Positions 9,972 through 22,600 of a DNA stretch of 64,000 nucleotides are shown here, in pieces. A program made the position numbers and the translations under genes. How positions within the stretch are numbered: the first letter of the stretch is position 1; every line of letters starts with the position of its first letter. The notes beneath the pieces are model-generated. The model saw only the letters and a list, made by a program, of their open reading frames with translations. It was not told where the DNA came from and ran no database searches. Source of the stretch: Dimorphilus gyrociliatus (taxonomy: Eukaryota > Animalia > Annelida); contig CAJFCJ010000009.1 of assembly GCA_904063045.1 (NCBI GenBank), positions 2,604,968 through 2,668,967 on the forward strand. The letters are read 5' to 3'.

Positions 9972-11960
9972 CTTATTAGAAGCATTAAGTGGCGGCGCAA
10001 TTTTCAATAGGTCACTAACAGTTGAGCCTATAAGTAAGATTTTCGTCGTTTTTGTAATGCTTGCTTCCTGAAGAGTCATTTCGTCCTTAAGAATACCTTT
10101 CGATAATAAAAAAGAATGGAGAGTTATCTTTTTTTCTACAGCGATTCCAAAGTATAGTTTTTAGTTCAAACATACGTAATCGCTAGATGCAAATATATAA
10201 AATTGTACAGGACATAGTAAAGAAAGAAAACGTACTACTAGGCATAAATATGAAGTACGTAGATATAATCAATGATAATAGCTACCATAGCAATATATTT
10301 TTTCAATAGTACATATTTAATAGATATTATGAATAGGAAAACATCGTTATTTTGACATTTAAGAGAAAATAATGATGATACTGAGCTATTCTTATTCATA
10401 AACATTGTCAAGTGTAGAATAGTTAAAAAAAACTACACAGATTAAATCTTCGAAAATTTTTTTTCAGTTTTGCATAAATTAATATAGAGGGAAAATATGA
10501 AAAATGCAATATGAAACATTATTAATTAGAATAATGGTAAATATATTTATAAAAGTGCATTTTTATTATGAAAAGTTCATAAATCAAAAGAAAGGTTTCG
10601 AATAATACAAGATAAAAATGCTAACAATAAAAAACAGAGAGAGCATACTGCAATGTCTAAAATTCTAAACCACTTCTCGTTTAGTTGAAGGGAAATCTTG
10701 CCATATATTTTTGTTGATCGAAATAGATGGGCGTAAAAACTAAATTAACCGATGAAACTCAATGCGAAGCAGGTAGTGAAAGAGAAAGAGAGAGAGAGAG
10801 TGAAATGAGGGAATGAGAAGCGGGAAAGAAAATATACCCCTTACTGTATTCAATATAATTTGGAAGCTGTTTGAGATACTGAGCGTATTATTTATGCAGC
10901 ACATTATCCTTTAGTTCAAAACTAATTGCCTTATATTATAGAAGAGAGAGGTAAATATATAATCGGAAGTTCTCTGATAAGATATTATTTGGCAGCACTT
11001 CCTCTGTTTTCCGCTCTTTACTCAGTTTTCTTTGATTATAATCTCTCTTTCTTTACATATACACAGCAGTATCTATACATATGTATATCTATATATGTGT
11101 ATATAAAATTTATATACATAAGAACAGCTAATTATTATTTACATAGAGTAATTGGAAGTATGAAGTTCGCACTGGTACAAAGTTTTACGGTTCATTTAAT
11201 CTATTTCATTAGAAATAATGTAAAGATACAACAGAACATAAAGAAAAGACGAATAAATAAAGCTAAGCTTTTATGAGCTTTCTTATAATTCCTATATAAG
11301 ATAAGATAATAAAAGATGTTGTCGTCTTTATAAATATTTAGATTTATCATCGATATTTTGTTTATAAACAAACTAATAATTCTGTAAAAAACGATTATTA
11401 TGCTAGATTAATATTTAATGATATATTGTTTTTATATTAGCGCATTATGAACGTTATCAACATTGGATGTTTACTTAATAGGGTTCTAATTCTATATATA
11501 TAGCAAGAGAGTGAAGGAGAGAAGGGGGAGATAGGGAGAATAAGAGAGATATAGAGTGGTTAGCAGGTAATTTTCAGCATGTTGTCTTGAATAGAGTACA
11601 AGAGTTGACGTTATTTAAATAACTGCTCTATTAAGTTTACGTTTAGGAAAAGAATTAAACACGAAAACCAATGAATTTCTATCAAAGGAAAAACAAATAC
11701 GAGAACCAATACAAACCTTTATACGTCAATTTTTGCATTTCAGCCGGAATTGATGTTGATTCTGCTAAGTGTTTCTTTAAATCTAATATTCTTTTATCGA
11801 GATCGAAAGTAATCGGGTACTTTTGTTTATTGAACATAACTGTAAAAGAGACTGTCTTGTCTCTTACGAGATCAGTCGATTCTTCAACGTTAATAGACTT
11901 TTCTTCTTTTTCCGTTTTTGTAGAAGATTCAGTATTTTCTTTATTTTCGATAGAGTCCAT
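9446..11960 (-). CDS. UBFD1: Ubiquitin domain-containing protein UBFD1, paralogue 1 (exons 11960-11717, 10096-9741, 9640-9446)
   Basis: UBL domain (MQKLTYKG|ILKD) and the UBFD1 C-domain (GKPDDAM..ERLPPVPITGMYN..KIRLTFKMEQD, FQLGPTE, YWVPSQYV). GT-AG junctions are in frame. Confidence 0.93.
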
Positions 11961-13296
11961 AATTGATAATTCTTTCTTGTAGATAATTTCCTATTATTAA
12001 CAAATTAGTAAACTTTACTTAAGTTTCGTCATTTCATTTGCGAGTTAAATGATCCTGACAAAAATTAGACCAATTAACGTGCTTATAATAAACGACTATG
12101 ACTACGTTAAACTTATTATTAATAAAATGAAATATGTTATATATTACCATTAAATTACAAACAGTTTAACAAAGTATTTCACAAGACCTCCTTATTAACA
12201 GAAAATCCACAAAATATTTCGACATGTATTGCAAAATCCTGATGGCGGTAGACGGCGCTGTAAAAAAAATTACGTGAGACCAAACAATTTGTAGTTTCGC
12301 TCCTAAATATAAATAACACACCGTTAAAGATATAAAGTAACTATTTCTCCAATTTAGTACTAATAAATACAGAAGATTTACATATAATTTAGTACTATTT
12401 ATAGTATAAGAGAAAGATGAAAAGGAGTTATGAAATTATAAAATGATGCTATTTGCAGTTTATTTTTACTTTGTAATTGTTTATAAACAAATTATTCCTT
12501 TTCTTAAAGAAACTTAGATAAAAGCTAATTCAATAGACTCTTATTAAAACAACTAAAGGTTGTGTTATTTGTTCAATTGTAACATAATAATAAGAAATAA
12601 ATGAACGATAGCTTCAAGATATAAAAGCCTACATAAAATAATTAGTTAATAAATTATCGTATTTTAATATTAATTAATCTAGATTATGAATATTCATTAT
12701 CTCTATTTTAGTTTAGATTATAGGTACAATACGTTAATTTTTAAAACCTTCATTGGGGTATACATTAGTATATGCAAGTATTATCTTCGTATAGTCCATT
12801 CAAATAACTAACTAATTTTAATTAATTGTTATTTAAATTTAAGAAAAGGGGGCTATTACGAGAAGATCATCTTTTGTTGTTAGTAGGCTTAGATACTCTT
12901 TATACTACTTCTCATGCTAAGTAGATTTTAAATCTCATTTGATATAAACCGTTGAAAATTGTCTCTAATTTAGATAAGGGAAATTATATAGTCTTTTTTT
13001 CGCTTATTTAAAAAACGACAGCGCATAACTATTTATTTATAGCTTTGTCTATTTAATCCAGATCTTTAACAAATTAAATAGATGTATTTTTCTATTTTCG
13101 ACTATATATTCTATACATAAATTATAGACAGATAATAATCCTAGCTTTTCTGCTTTTTCCGTAATTGAAAATTCATAATATTTATCGTATATAATAGATT
13201 TATTATATTGTTACAATACCATTCAATTGTAAACTTGATAAGCACATAAGCAAGTCACTTTCTGATCGTTTTTCAAAAGTGGGTAGAATGTTGCAA

Positions 13297-13344
13297 GTCC
13301 ACAGCCATACGTGACCTTCACACTATTGCCCTGCCATCTATAGT
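13297..13344. promoter_or_regulatory. Conserved non-coding module, copy B
   Basis: Aligns ungapped with 9031-9078, with the same three blocks at the same spacing. Confidence 0.5.
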
Positions 13345-13878
13345 ATAGCGTATATGATTATAAGATAAAAGACTTCTTAAAATAAGGTTAAAGAGTTGAA
13401 AATATATTTCCTAGAAATACTCAAATAAAACTATACTAAGAAAGTATTTTTATTTGTGAAAAAATATGAATAATGTAAATTTAACTTCATATGCATTTCT
13501 CAAGTTCCACTATGAATAGAGTAATATTCAATAGTCGCTAAGTTTCTCTTAAGATTTAAAAACTAAAACGAAAAAATCTCTCAATAGAATCCTTAGTGTA
13601 ATCCCAAAGGTAAACAAATCAACTGAACTCTCTAACTTTCAACTAGTTCTATTGAGATTTGAACAATAGTGTAATCTAGATACTTACAAGTTTCTTCGTC
13701 AAGAGAATAAAGCTGAGATAATTAAATCCTAAAATTTCATCTATTCTCTTTTCTTGTTAAAAATGATAACGTCCAAGTTTTTAGTTTGTATAAATATATT
13801 TTAAAAAATATACGTAACACTATTATTACCAGAAAAGAAACAAGAAAACACAGAAAAGTAGGTTTGTTTATTTTTTTT

Positions 13879-14406
13879 TATTAAAACTTTTGCCATTGAC
13901 CTAATATGGTATCTTTTATAGCATTTACATATTGAGATGGTACCCAATATAACCATAATCTTGATTGTTCAGTTGGTCCCAATTGAATTGCCATCATATG
14001 ATATTCTTCACTTCCATTAATTGGTTCACTTGATACATTATGAATACTTTGCATCTTTACTTTGTTTGTTCTATCCTGTAAACAACATAATTTCTTTCAT
14101 ATTAGATATTCAAACATTATACAAACAATACACGATAAATGTTCTTTTTATTGGTGTTTTTTGTTTATTACTTACTTTTGTACTGATCCAAACTTCGTCT
14201 TGCTCCATTTTGAATGTTAGTCGTATTTTAGCACCTTTACTGTTATACATACCCGTTATCGGGACAGGGGGGAGACGTTCTCTTTTGCCTTTCACTCCAA
14301 TCATAGCATCATCTGGCTTTCCATACTTTTCTAGAATGTTACAATGAGGTTTCTGTTTACTAAGTGGTTCTTTAGCTGTAGCTCCTGTACTCTCTACTGT
14401 TCCAGA
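13879..14406. repeat. 528-bp direct repeat, copy 2 (3' half of UBFD1 paralogue 2)
   Basis: Identical to 9444-9971. Confidence 0.95.
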
Positions 14407-15098
14407 TTTAGTAGAAGATCCATCTGGGGGCCCAATTTTCAACAGATCATTAACAGTTGAGCCTATAAGTAAGATTTTCGTCGTTTTTGTAATTTTAGCC
14501 TCGCGAAGAGTTGATTCATCCTTGAGGATACCTTTAGAAGAGAAAGAATAAGTGTATGAACTTGCATAAATAGTGCATAAAAGTAAATAATATGGCCCTA
14601 TTATATTTTTGTTTTAGCTGTTACCGATCAAAGTGCGCATTTTCGAATAATTAATATTTTGTTACTTTTTCAGTGTTGTAGTATCTAATAAACACTGTTC
14701 AAAATAAAGTTCTTATTGCGTAACTGTTTCTAGAGTAAGTTTAAAAGAAAAAAGTATTTGTTGATTAAGGCCGTCACATTTATGACCGATAAGAATGGTA
14801 TTTTGCACTTTAGTACTATGCTATAGTATATATGTTTTAATGATAAATTTAACTAACCTTTATACGTTAATTTTTGCATTCCCTCAGGGATTTTTGTCAG
14901 ATTTTCCAAATGTTTTTTTAAATCTGATATTCGGTTCTCTAAGGCGAATGTAATAGAATACTTTTGTTTGTTGAACATAACAGTAAAGGAGACAGTTTCC
15001 TCTGATGGTATCTCTGAAGTATCTTCCACCGATGCTGTCTTTTCATTTTCTGTTTTTGGACTAGACTCCGTATTTTCTTTATTTTCAGTATTATCCAT
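13881..15098 (-). CDS. UBFD1: UBFD1 paralogue 2 (exons 15098-14858, 14531-14176, 14075-13881)
   Basis: Same motifs and intron positions as paralogue 1. The N-terminal half is diverged. Intron 1 is 326 nt here versus 1620 nt in paralogue 1. Confidence 0.93.
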
Positions 15099-16940
15099 TT
15101 CTAACAGTCCTAGAACTTTGATATCATACTGAAAAGAAAAAGAAAACAGTCAAGTTGAACATGACTAAATCATATGTTTCCGATTAAAAGGTTCTTGGCG
15201 AAAAAAAGAACAATGACTAGGCTCTTATAGACATTTATTAGCCGCATGAAATGGTATGAATGAAATAACAAAAAATATTAACTATAGTCGATTCTTTTGC
15301 TGCTCCTGAAAATAACTGTTGTGTTTCAATCCAGAAAGACGATAACAGATGCTGAGAACAGTATAAAAACTGTATATATATATTTATATATAGAAATAAG
15401 ATTTCCTCCCCAGGTGGCGTATTCAAGAATCAATTTCCGGTTCCTCTTACACTCTACTTTCCGCCAGAGTGTTAAAATTTGTTTCCCTCTACGTTTGAAA
15501 TATATAGAAGTGAGAGGAGAATAACAACAGAGAAAGCTCTTGTATTTTTAATAACAGATATAGTTTCAATTATATCCGGTTTGAAAGAAATTTTAAATAT
15601 TCTTAAAAAGATTACATTTTTTTTTTTGCAACTTTAAAGTTACGCTTTAAAAATTTTGGACAAAAAAATTGAAATTATCAATCAACTTTAACTTCTCTTC
15701 TTTTCCCGCCGTCTTTCTTTTTTTTATTTCTCTCTCTATCTCTTCCTACCTTTGTCCGATCATACTTATTTATAGTTTGAGCGAATGACGTATCAAAAAG
15801 AAAAATAATAGAAATGTGTCACTATAATGATCTGTATATTGAGAATATGTAGAAATGGCACTATTGAATAAACTTTCCTTGGTATGTCTTACGATTAAAA
15901 GCAATAAGAGATTAATTTTTACGGCTAACAACACGTTCTATTAGTATATTAAATATTGAATATCAATCCAGTAAAGATCAACAGTCTTAGCTAAATATAA
16001 CAAATATAAGGGAAAAGCTAACCTTTAATGTAAATTTTTTTTATAAAATATATGTAAAAAAAAGCAGTATATCTTCTTTGAAATTGAAGGTAGGATCGTT
16101 ATTTTTTCTATGTACTTAATACTCATATTAAATTTCTGTTTTTCTTTCTCTCTCTCTCTCTCTCTCTCTAACTCTGTATATACTTTTATAATACGTAAAA
16201 TATAGACAAGTACTAATAAACTTCATATATTTGTCAAAAAATGAGTGCAATCTAATCATTCTTCCTTAAAAGAAAAATTAATAAAAACATACTTTAAATT
16301 TACAGATGTTTAAACTGAATGTTTTTTTTTTTTTAAAAAAAAGTCAATACACTTTTAGGAAAGTGGATTGTTTTATGATAAAATTTATTATTTTATTGAT
16401 TTTTATCTAGTAAATTTAAATTAATATTCCTAATCTTTTACTTAAAAAGAGATTTGTTATTTTTTTCATTCATTCATTCATAAAATTAACTGATTTATTA
16501 TAGTATAAATTTTGGAGTTTAATCCTTTGAAAAAAAGCTTTATTAGGGTTTAACAATGATTATGATTTATATGGAAAAAAATAGAGATGAAACTATAAAT
16601 CTTGTGTAATAAGATTAAAATGTATAGTATTTATTGAATTGAGAGTGCGTATACATGTTCATTTAATGCAATTATACTGTAACAATTGAATGTTTCTCCA
16701 ATGGATTGTCGTGGTGAGTTTTTATAATTGTTCGGTTTTTTAAAGATATTTTACAAACAATTTTTTCTTCCGTTTTCAATTTCTGTCTCTGTCTCTCTAT
16801 CCTCTGTTTCCATTTATCATTTTTACAGTTGTTTTAATTCTTCTATTAGTTGTTTTAACGGTTGATTTGGTAAGAACAATTTTGTATATAATTTAAATGA
16901 TTAAAATGGTATTAATATACAATTTTTTCAACATTTCAAG

Positions 16941-17194
16941 ATGTCATCATCAAATGAACATGAGCATAATATTTATAAAGATCGACTAAAGATTTACTGG
17001 AAATTTAAGAAATTATTATGCAAACTAGGAACTTATCATCAAAAAGTTGATGATACAAGATCAATGATGAAATTTAAACGTGAACAATTGGGAAAACTTG
17101 TAAGTAGTATTTTGTTTATTAATTTTTAATGAATATATAATAAACATTTTTAATTTTTTAGTGCCGAAAACGGAGAGGATGTCCTGGGTGTTGA
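16941..17194 (+). CDS. Putative 63-aa basic microprotein (exons 16941-17099, 17162-17194) ending CRKRRGCPGC
   Basis: ATG ORF, consensus donor GTAAGT at 17100, acceptor TTTTTTAG at 17161, and a phase-0 62-nt intron. No homologue recognised. Confidence 0.45.
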
Positions 17195-17674
17195 AATACA
17201 AATACGTCATACAATGATTACTTAAGCACTTCAACTCATGACACAACATTTTAGAGTAATTTGCATAATCTATTTCAATTTTAGTTATAACTGTATAGAG
17301 TAATAGTACTTTAGTTCCGCTATATTATATTGATATAAGCCTAGATTGACATTTTTCCCTTAAATTTTTCATATAAAGCAATTCTAACGAAAAAAACTGT
17401 AACAATTAAATAATTAAGCTCATTGATTATCAATATTGTAAGAAATGTTGCATTATATCGAATTGTAAAAGTTTGCACTTTATTAATAAATTTATTCATT
17501 TAAAATATGAAACGAGAAATTTGTCCTTCAATTTTGTACCTGAAAATGAGAAAGAAATGTAGTTGAATCAATTCATAAAGGACAATGTTTTCTTCATTAA
17601 TCAATCAAAAGATATTATATTTGAATTTTCTTTATTCATTATATGTATACTTATCGTTCTCTTGTATGTTTTAT

Positions 17675-19042
17675 TTAACATTTACGAAATCGTCTTTTAT
17701 ATAAATAAGCAAATAAACAAACAACTAGTACAAGAATAAAATATGTCATGTTTACAGGAGTTTTGTCAACAACTATATTTTTCCTTTTTAAATCTGCAGA
17801 TACGTAAACTTTTCTATTTACTTTTCCTTTACTGATAGTAAAACTGTCGATCTTCGATAAATCTTTTAAAGATATTTGTTCATAACTCAATTCATCTTCT
17901 GATATTTCGAGGACTCCATAGGAATCAGTGTCAGGTCCAGACATAGAAAAGGCGGACCAACTTGATTTTTCGGTTATTACATCACTGATGACATCATTAC
18001 CTGTTGATCCTGTAATGACGTGAACGGGCGCTTTAGGATTTTGGTAATTCAATTGTGTAGGTTTGCCTTTAATTATGGGCCAGGATCTTTCGTATGCATG
18101 AATATGACCTGAAATAACTAGATCAACGTGATATTTGATGAACACATCCTCCAGAGTATTTCTTAAATCAGAATTTTCTTCCTTGCAGTCGTCATTCCAA
18201 TCATGTTGAGAACAATAGAGAGGTTGATGGGTCAATACTATCTTCCATTTAAATGATTTTCTTGAAAGTATCTGTTCCAACCAATCAATACGATCAATAA
18301 CAGGGTTCATGAATTGTTCAGAATTTAGACCTATAATCATTATTCCATCTTCGATATCTTTATACCAGCTTAGTTCATCCAAAGACATTGGAAAGCTTAA
18401 GCCTGGATTGGCGAATTTATATGAATAATGAGTGTACTTTCCATCAACTCCTCTTTCATGATCGCCTGGTATAGTTAAATAAGGAACTTTTGAAGCTAAA
18501 TCTTCAATTAATTTTAAAAAGTCATTTCCATTTTTGCCGTTATTCGAATCAAGATTGTAAGAAATATCTCCTAAATGAAATACTGCGTCATAGTTTGTTC
18601 CAACCTTGACTATTTTTTCTATATACTTCGATCTACTACTTAAATCTCCGAATATCATAAAAGATGGTACATTTTCAAGGCTATCCGCTTTAAAAGTAGA
18701 TTTAAAGCTTACTTTGGCAGTTTTAGTTTTACAAGCAATATTATAAGAAATTTTAGCTACTGCTTTCTTGCCTCTAACTTTAATTTTTGCCCTATACCAG
18801 TACTCCTTGTTCTTTCCATCTTTAGAAGTCAAAATTTTATTCTTTGCCAAAACGATGTTTTGTTGTCTTTCATATTCTCCATTAAAAAATAATTGACAAG
18901 GAACTTTTTCATTCATTTTCCAAGTTATAATAAAACTCGATTTTAAAGCTCCCCACGAAACATGAACCAAAGATGGAAAAACATCTTTATCCGCTTTTGA
19001 AGCATATAATATCTGAAGTAAGAGGATAATAAATAAATACAT
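17675..19042 (-). CDS. Purple acid phosphatase, ACP7/PAPL-like, single exon, with signal peptide and C-terminal TM helix (455 aa)
   Basis: Metallophosphoesterase motifs GDLS, GDISY, GDHE, LTHQPLY, GHIHAYER and PVHVITGSTG. Hydrophobic N- and C-terminal segments. Confidence 0.88.
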   Translation of the reverse strand: MYLFIILLLQILYASKADKDVFPSLVHVSWGALKSSFIITWKMNEKVPCQLFFNGEYERQQNIVLAKNKILTSKDGKNKEYWYRAKIKVRGKKAVAKISYNIACKTKTAKVSFKSTFKADSLENVPSFMIFGDLSSRSKYIEKIVKVGTNYDAVFHLGDISYNLDSNNGKNGNDFLKLIEDLASKVPYLTIPGDHERGVDGKYTHYSYKFANPGLSFPMSLDELSWYKDIEDGIMIIGLNSEQFMNPVIDRIDWLEQILSRKSFKWKIVLTHQPLYCSQHDWNDDCKEENSDLRNTLEDVFIKYHVDLVISGHIHAYERSWPIIKGKPTQLNYQNPKAPVHVITGSTGNDVISDVITEKSSWSAFSMSGPDTDSYGVLEISEDELSYEQISLKDLSKIDSFTISKGKVNRKVYVSADLKRKNIVVDKTPVNMTYFILVLVVCLFAYLYKRRFRKC

Positions 19043-19617
19043 ATTAGCAATACTTTAACTTTCTTTTCAATAGAAAATATCTATTCAGTCCAACAAGTAT
19101 GAAGTTGATATGCTTTATTGTTCAAGATGTAAACTGTTCACATATAGTACGCGCTCAATGTACTTTGCTTGAATAATTAAAAGAAATCACTTAACAAACT
19201 TCACGCTGAACGATCAATGTTTTTTTAAAATAAAAAGGAAAATACTAAGAGTATCCTATTGCGAAATTGCCTTCTTTTTGAATAATAGATTATTTTTTAT
19301 TAAAAAAAAAAATAAGGTTATTTTTAAAGAAGAAAAAAACTAGATGGCATTGCTATGATATTGTATAAATTTATATGTATATATATATACTGCAAATATA
19401 TATATATATATATGTATATTGTAAAAATTGATCAATAAAGATGTATTAATTATAGTCAAAATTAAATAAAAAACGTTTTAAGATCGTCGGCAATAGTTGC
19501 AAAATTTTTCCTATAGAAAGAAAAATACTTAAGCTAGAATATAATTAATATATCTAATATAAGAAAATGGAATAGTTATATATATATATATAAAAAAAAA
19601 GCACTCGTTTGAATAAA

Positions 19618-22600
19618 TTAATCATTTAGACGTAGGCCCATATTTTCCATGTAGAATTCGGCGCCTTCGTACAATAACTTATATTGTTCCTGTTGAAAGA
19701 AGAAGAAAAAATTGAAATAATATCGAATATATTAGTTTATATTGTACTTACAATGTTTGTGACAAATTGTGGTCTATTAGCTCTAACAGAGTTAACTATG
19801 TTGAACACGTCTAACTGCTTTTGCTCTTTTACTTTGTCAAGGATATGTGTTAAGGTTGTAAAAAATCCACTTCTCTCATTTCCATCCTCGCAGTGAACTA
19901 ACACTGGAGATTGATCTTTAGCTTTATGATTTTCCATTACTTGGTACAAATGCAAAATTGATTTTACATCTCCTGGTGTAGACGTACCCTGTTCCCATTG
20001 GTCACCTGGGAGTTGAATATGACTTACAACATTATCTTTACCAGTTTCAACATTTTTGATATTCATCTTTCTAATTGGTACACCGTGAATTTGCTTCGTT
20101 TCTATATGAGAAACAGTAAAAGGATGAAAAGATATTGTCTCCTTATCTTGCGGCCAATACGGAACGTATAAGCTAGCTGGATTAAGCATGACACAAACTT
20201 TAACTTCATGCTGAGATATCATTCTAAAAAATGACGCAATAGTAACTGGGGTGGGAATTTGGGTAACAATCATTTCTTTAGAATTGTGTTGACCAGGCAC
20301 AAATACAGCATTGATGTAATCAGACACAGGATTGTCGCCAAGAGGTACTCGATGCTCTTGTAAGGGAAGTATATCTAAATTTCTATTTTTACTTCTATTT
20401 TCAAGCTTAGTTGCAGGGAAATACGAATCAATAATTGGCTTTCTTCTCATCTTTTCCAACTTTGCCCATTCGTCTTCTTCGCGATTGCCTGTATTAGGTT
20501 TTAAGCAAGACGGCTGTACTGGAGGGGGAGTTGGGATAGATTCTGATTCCTTTCTTGGAGGTATAACAGGAGGTTCAGACCGCGGTGTTGCCTCAGTTGG
20601 TTCCGGTTCTGGTTCAAAAGGACCACTATTTTTTCTTTTTGCCTGCTCCTTCATATCTCTCACATACTTTGGATCCCAGTCTGGACCAAAATAACAATGC
20701 GAAACAGTTGAAATAGCATCTGCCGGAATAGTCCTTGGAGTATTCACTGGTAAAGCTTCCTTTTTTGGGTTTATTAGTCTTCCTTTATCCCTTGATGCTC
20801 TTCTATTAAAAAAAAAGAGCGTATAAAATTAAACAAAGTACTTCTTTTTAAGTTACCTCTTCTTTCGAATATGATAAACACAACAGCCAACAATAATAAT
20901 TAACAGAATGGCTGCAAGTATACCTCCTGCAATTCCACCATAGATTTTCCAATCATCATTTGATGATGAAGCATCTAGAAACAAAATAAGTATAAATTTA
21001 CAATTGAGTTAAATAACGGAATTCTTACCGGTATCTTCTACGCTGCATGATATAAGTTTCCATCCGTCTTCACACGCCAAAAGTGGACAAGCTCCAGATG
21101 TAGTTTCACAAGGTTTATTATCCTTGCAATGGCATTGTTTTATACATTTGTGACCAAAATAACCATGTGGACAAGGTATAGAACAATTTAGACCTGAATA
21201 GCCATCTTCGCATCCATTAACACAGTTACCAGTTGCTTTATTACAAGCTATACCACTTTTACAATGGCATACTCCAGCACAGTAAGGACCAAAACTTCCA
21301 TTTTCACATTCTTCCGAACAAGTATGTGGATTCAATTTTTTGTATCCCAATTTACACTCATTAGGACATATACCTGTATCGGTGGGACATTTGTCAGGTT
21401 TTTCACAATGGCATATCTTTTTACATCCTGAACCAAATTCATTTAGATTTTGATCACATCGTATAGAACAATTAGAACCACCAAATCCGCGTGCACATTC
21501 TGGACAACCTCCTGTTGCCTTTTCACAAACATTCTGTGTAAGACAATTACATGTTCCTACACAACCTAATCCAAACTTTCCATCGTCACACGGAGTGTTG
21601 CAGTTGGCTCCTTTAAAACCTGGGAAACATGGTCCTGAACAAGTACAATCAATATGATTGCAGGCTTGGTTGGAACATTTGTTACAAACAGTCAAACAAT
21701 CTTGTCCACATGTATTCACATCGCATTTCTTATCGCAGCGTTTATCGTCTCCTCTGTATCCGGGAGCACATTTTCCATTTTTTGGACATTCACCTATAAC
21801 ATTCATTATATTAGTTTATACGCTCTTGTATTGTATTCAGTACTAGAAATTCTGAATTGAAATTACCTGTAGTCGAAACACAAGTCGCTCCATTTTGACA
21901 GTGACATTCACCACCGCAGTTTTCACCATATTCATTTCCATTACAAGGTACTGAGCATGAGTGCGATTTCCATCCCGGGTCACATCCAGCAGGACAGGTT
22001 CCGTTAATCTTATTACAATCTACACCGCCTTTGCAATGACAATCCGTAGCACAATTAACACCAAATTTTCCCACTCCACAAGCTGTTTTCAATGAAAAGT
22101 CATAATTTGATTATTAGAATATACTCTTCAAATGCATAATTTCACATTCAATGTATTTTATTACCATTTTCACATGTAGGCGGCTGTTCATATCCAACGG
22201 CACAACCATTTACGTCGCATACTCCGTTTTCTTTATTGCAAGGAGGGTTTTTACAAAAGCACGATTTTAAACAAAGATCTCCAAATTTACCATCAGCACA
22301 TTCTATTAATGATTAAACAGCTCTTAAACATTTTCTACTTCTCCAATTTTATTTACCTTTGTCACATCTGATCTCTAAATATCCTGGCTTACAACCATTT
22401 GGACAGTTGCCTGTTTCCGGGTTACAGATATCAGTATTTGCGCATTGTCCACACTGTTCTGTACAACCAGACCCCCATCTTCCGGCAGGGCAAGCTGTAA
22501 AATATAATTTTACAATTTATATATATCGCAATATTGAATTAATTGAATCTTTAGAGTAATTAATTTACGTGTTTGGCAATCAGCAGATTGGAATCCTGGT

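Noticed and set aside
9586-14347. Two identical 108-aa plus-strand ORFs (9586-9912 and 14021-14347)
   Set aside because: They are antisense shadows of the duplicated UBFD1 tract, start at TTG and run through an intron.
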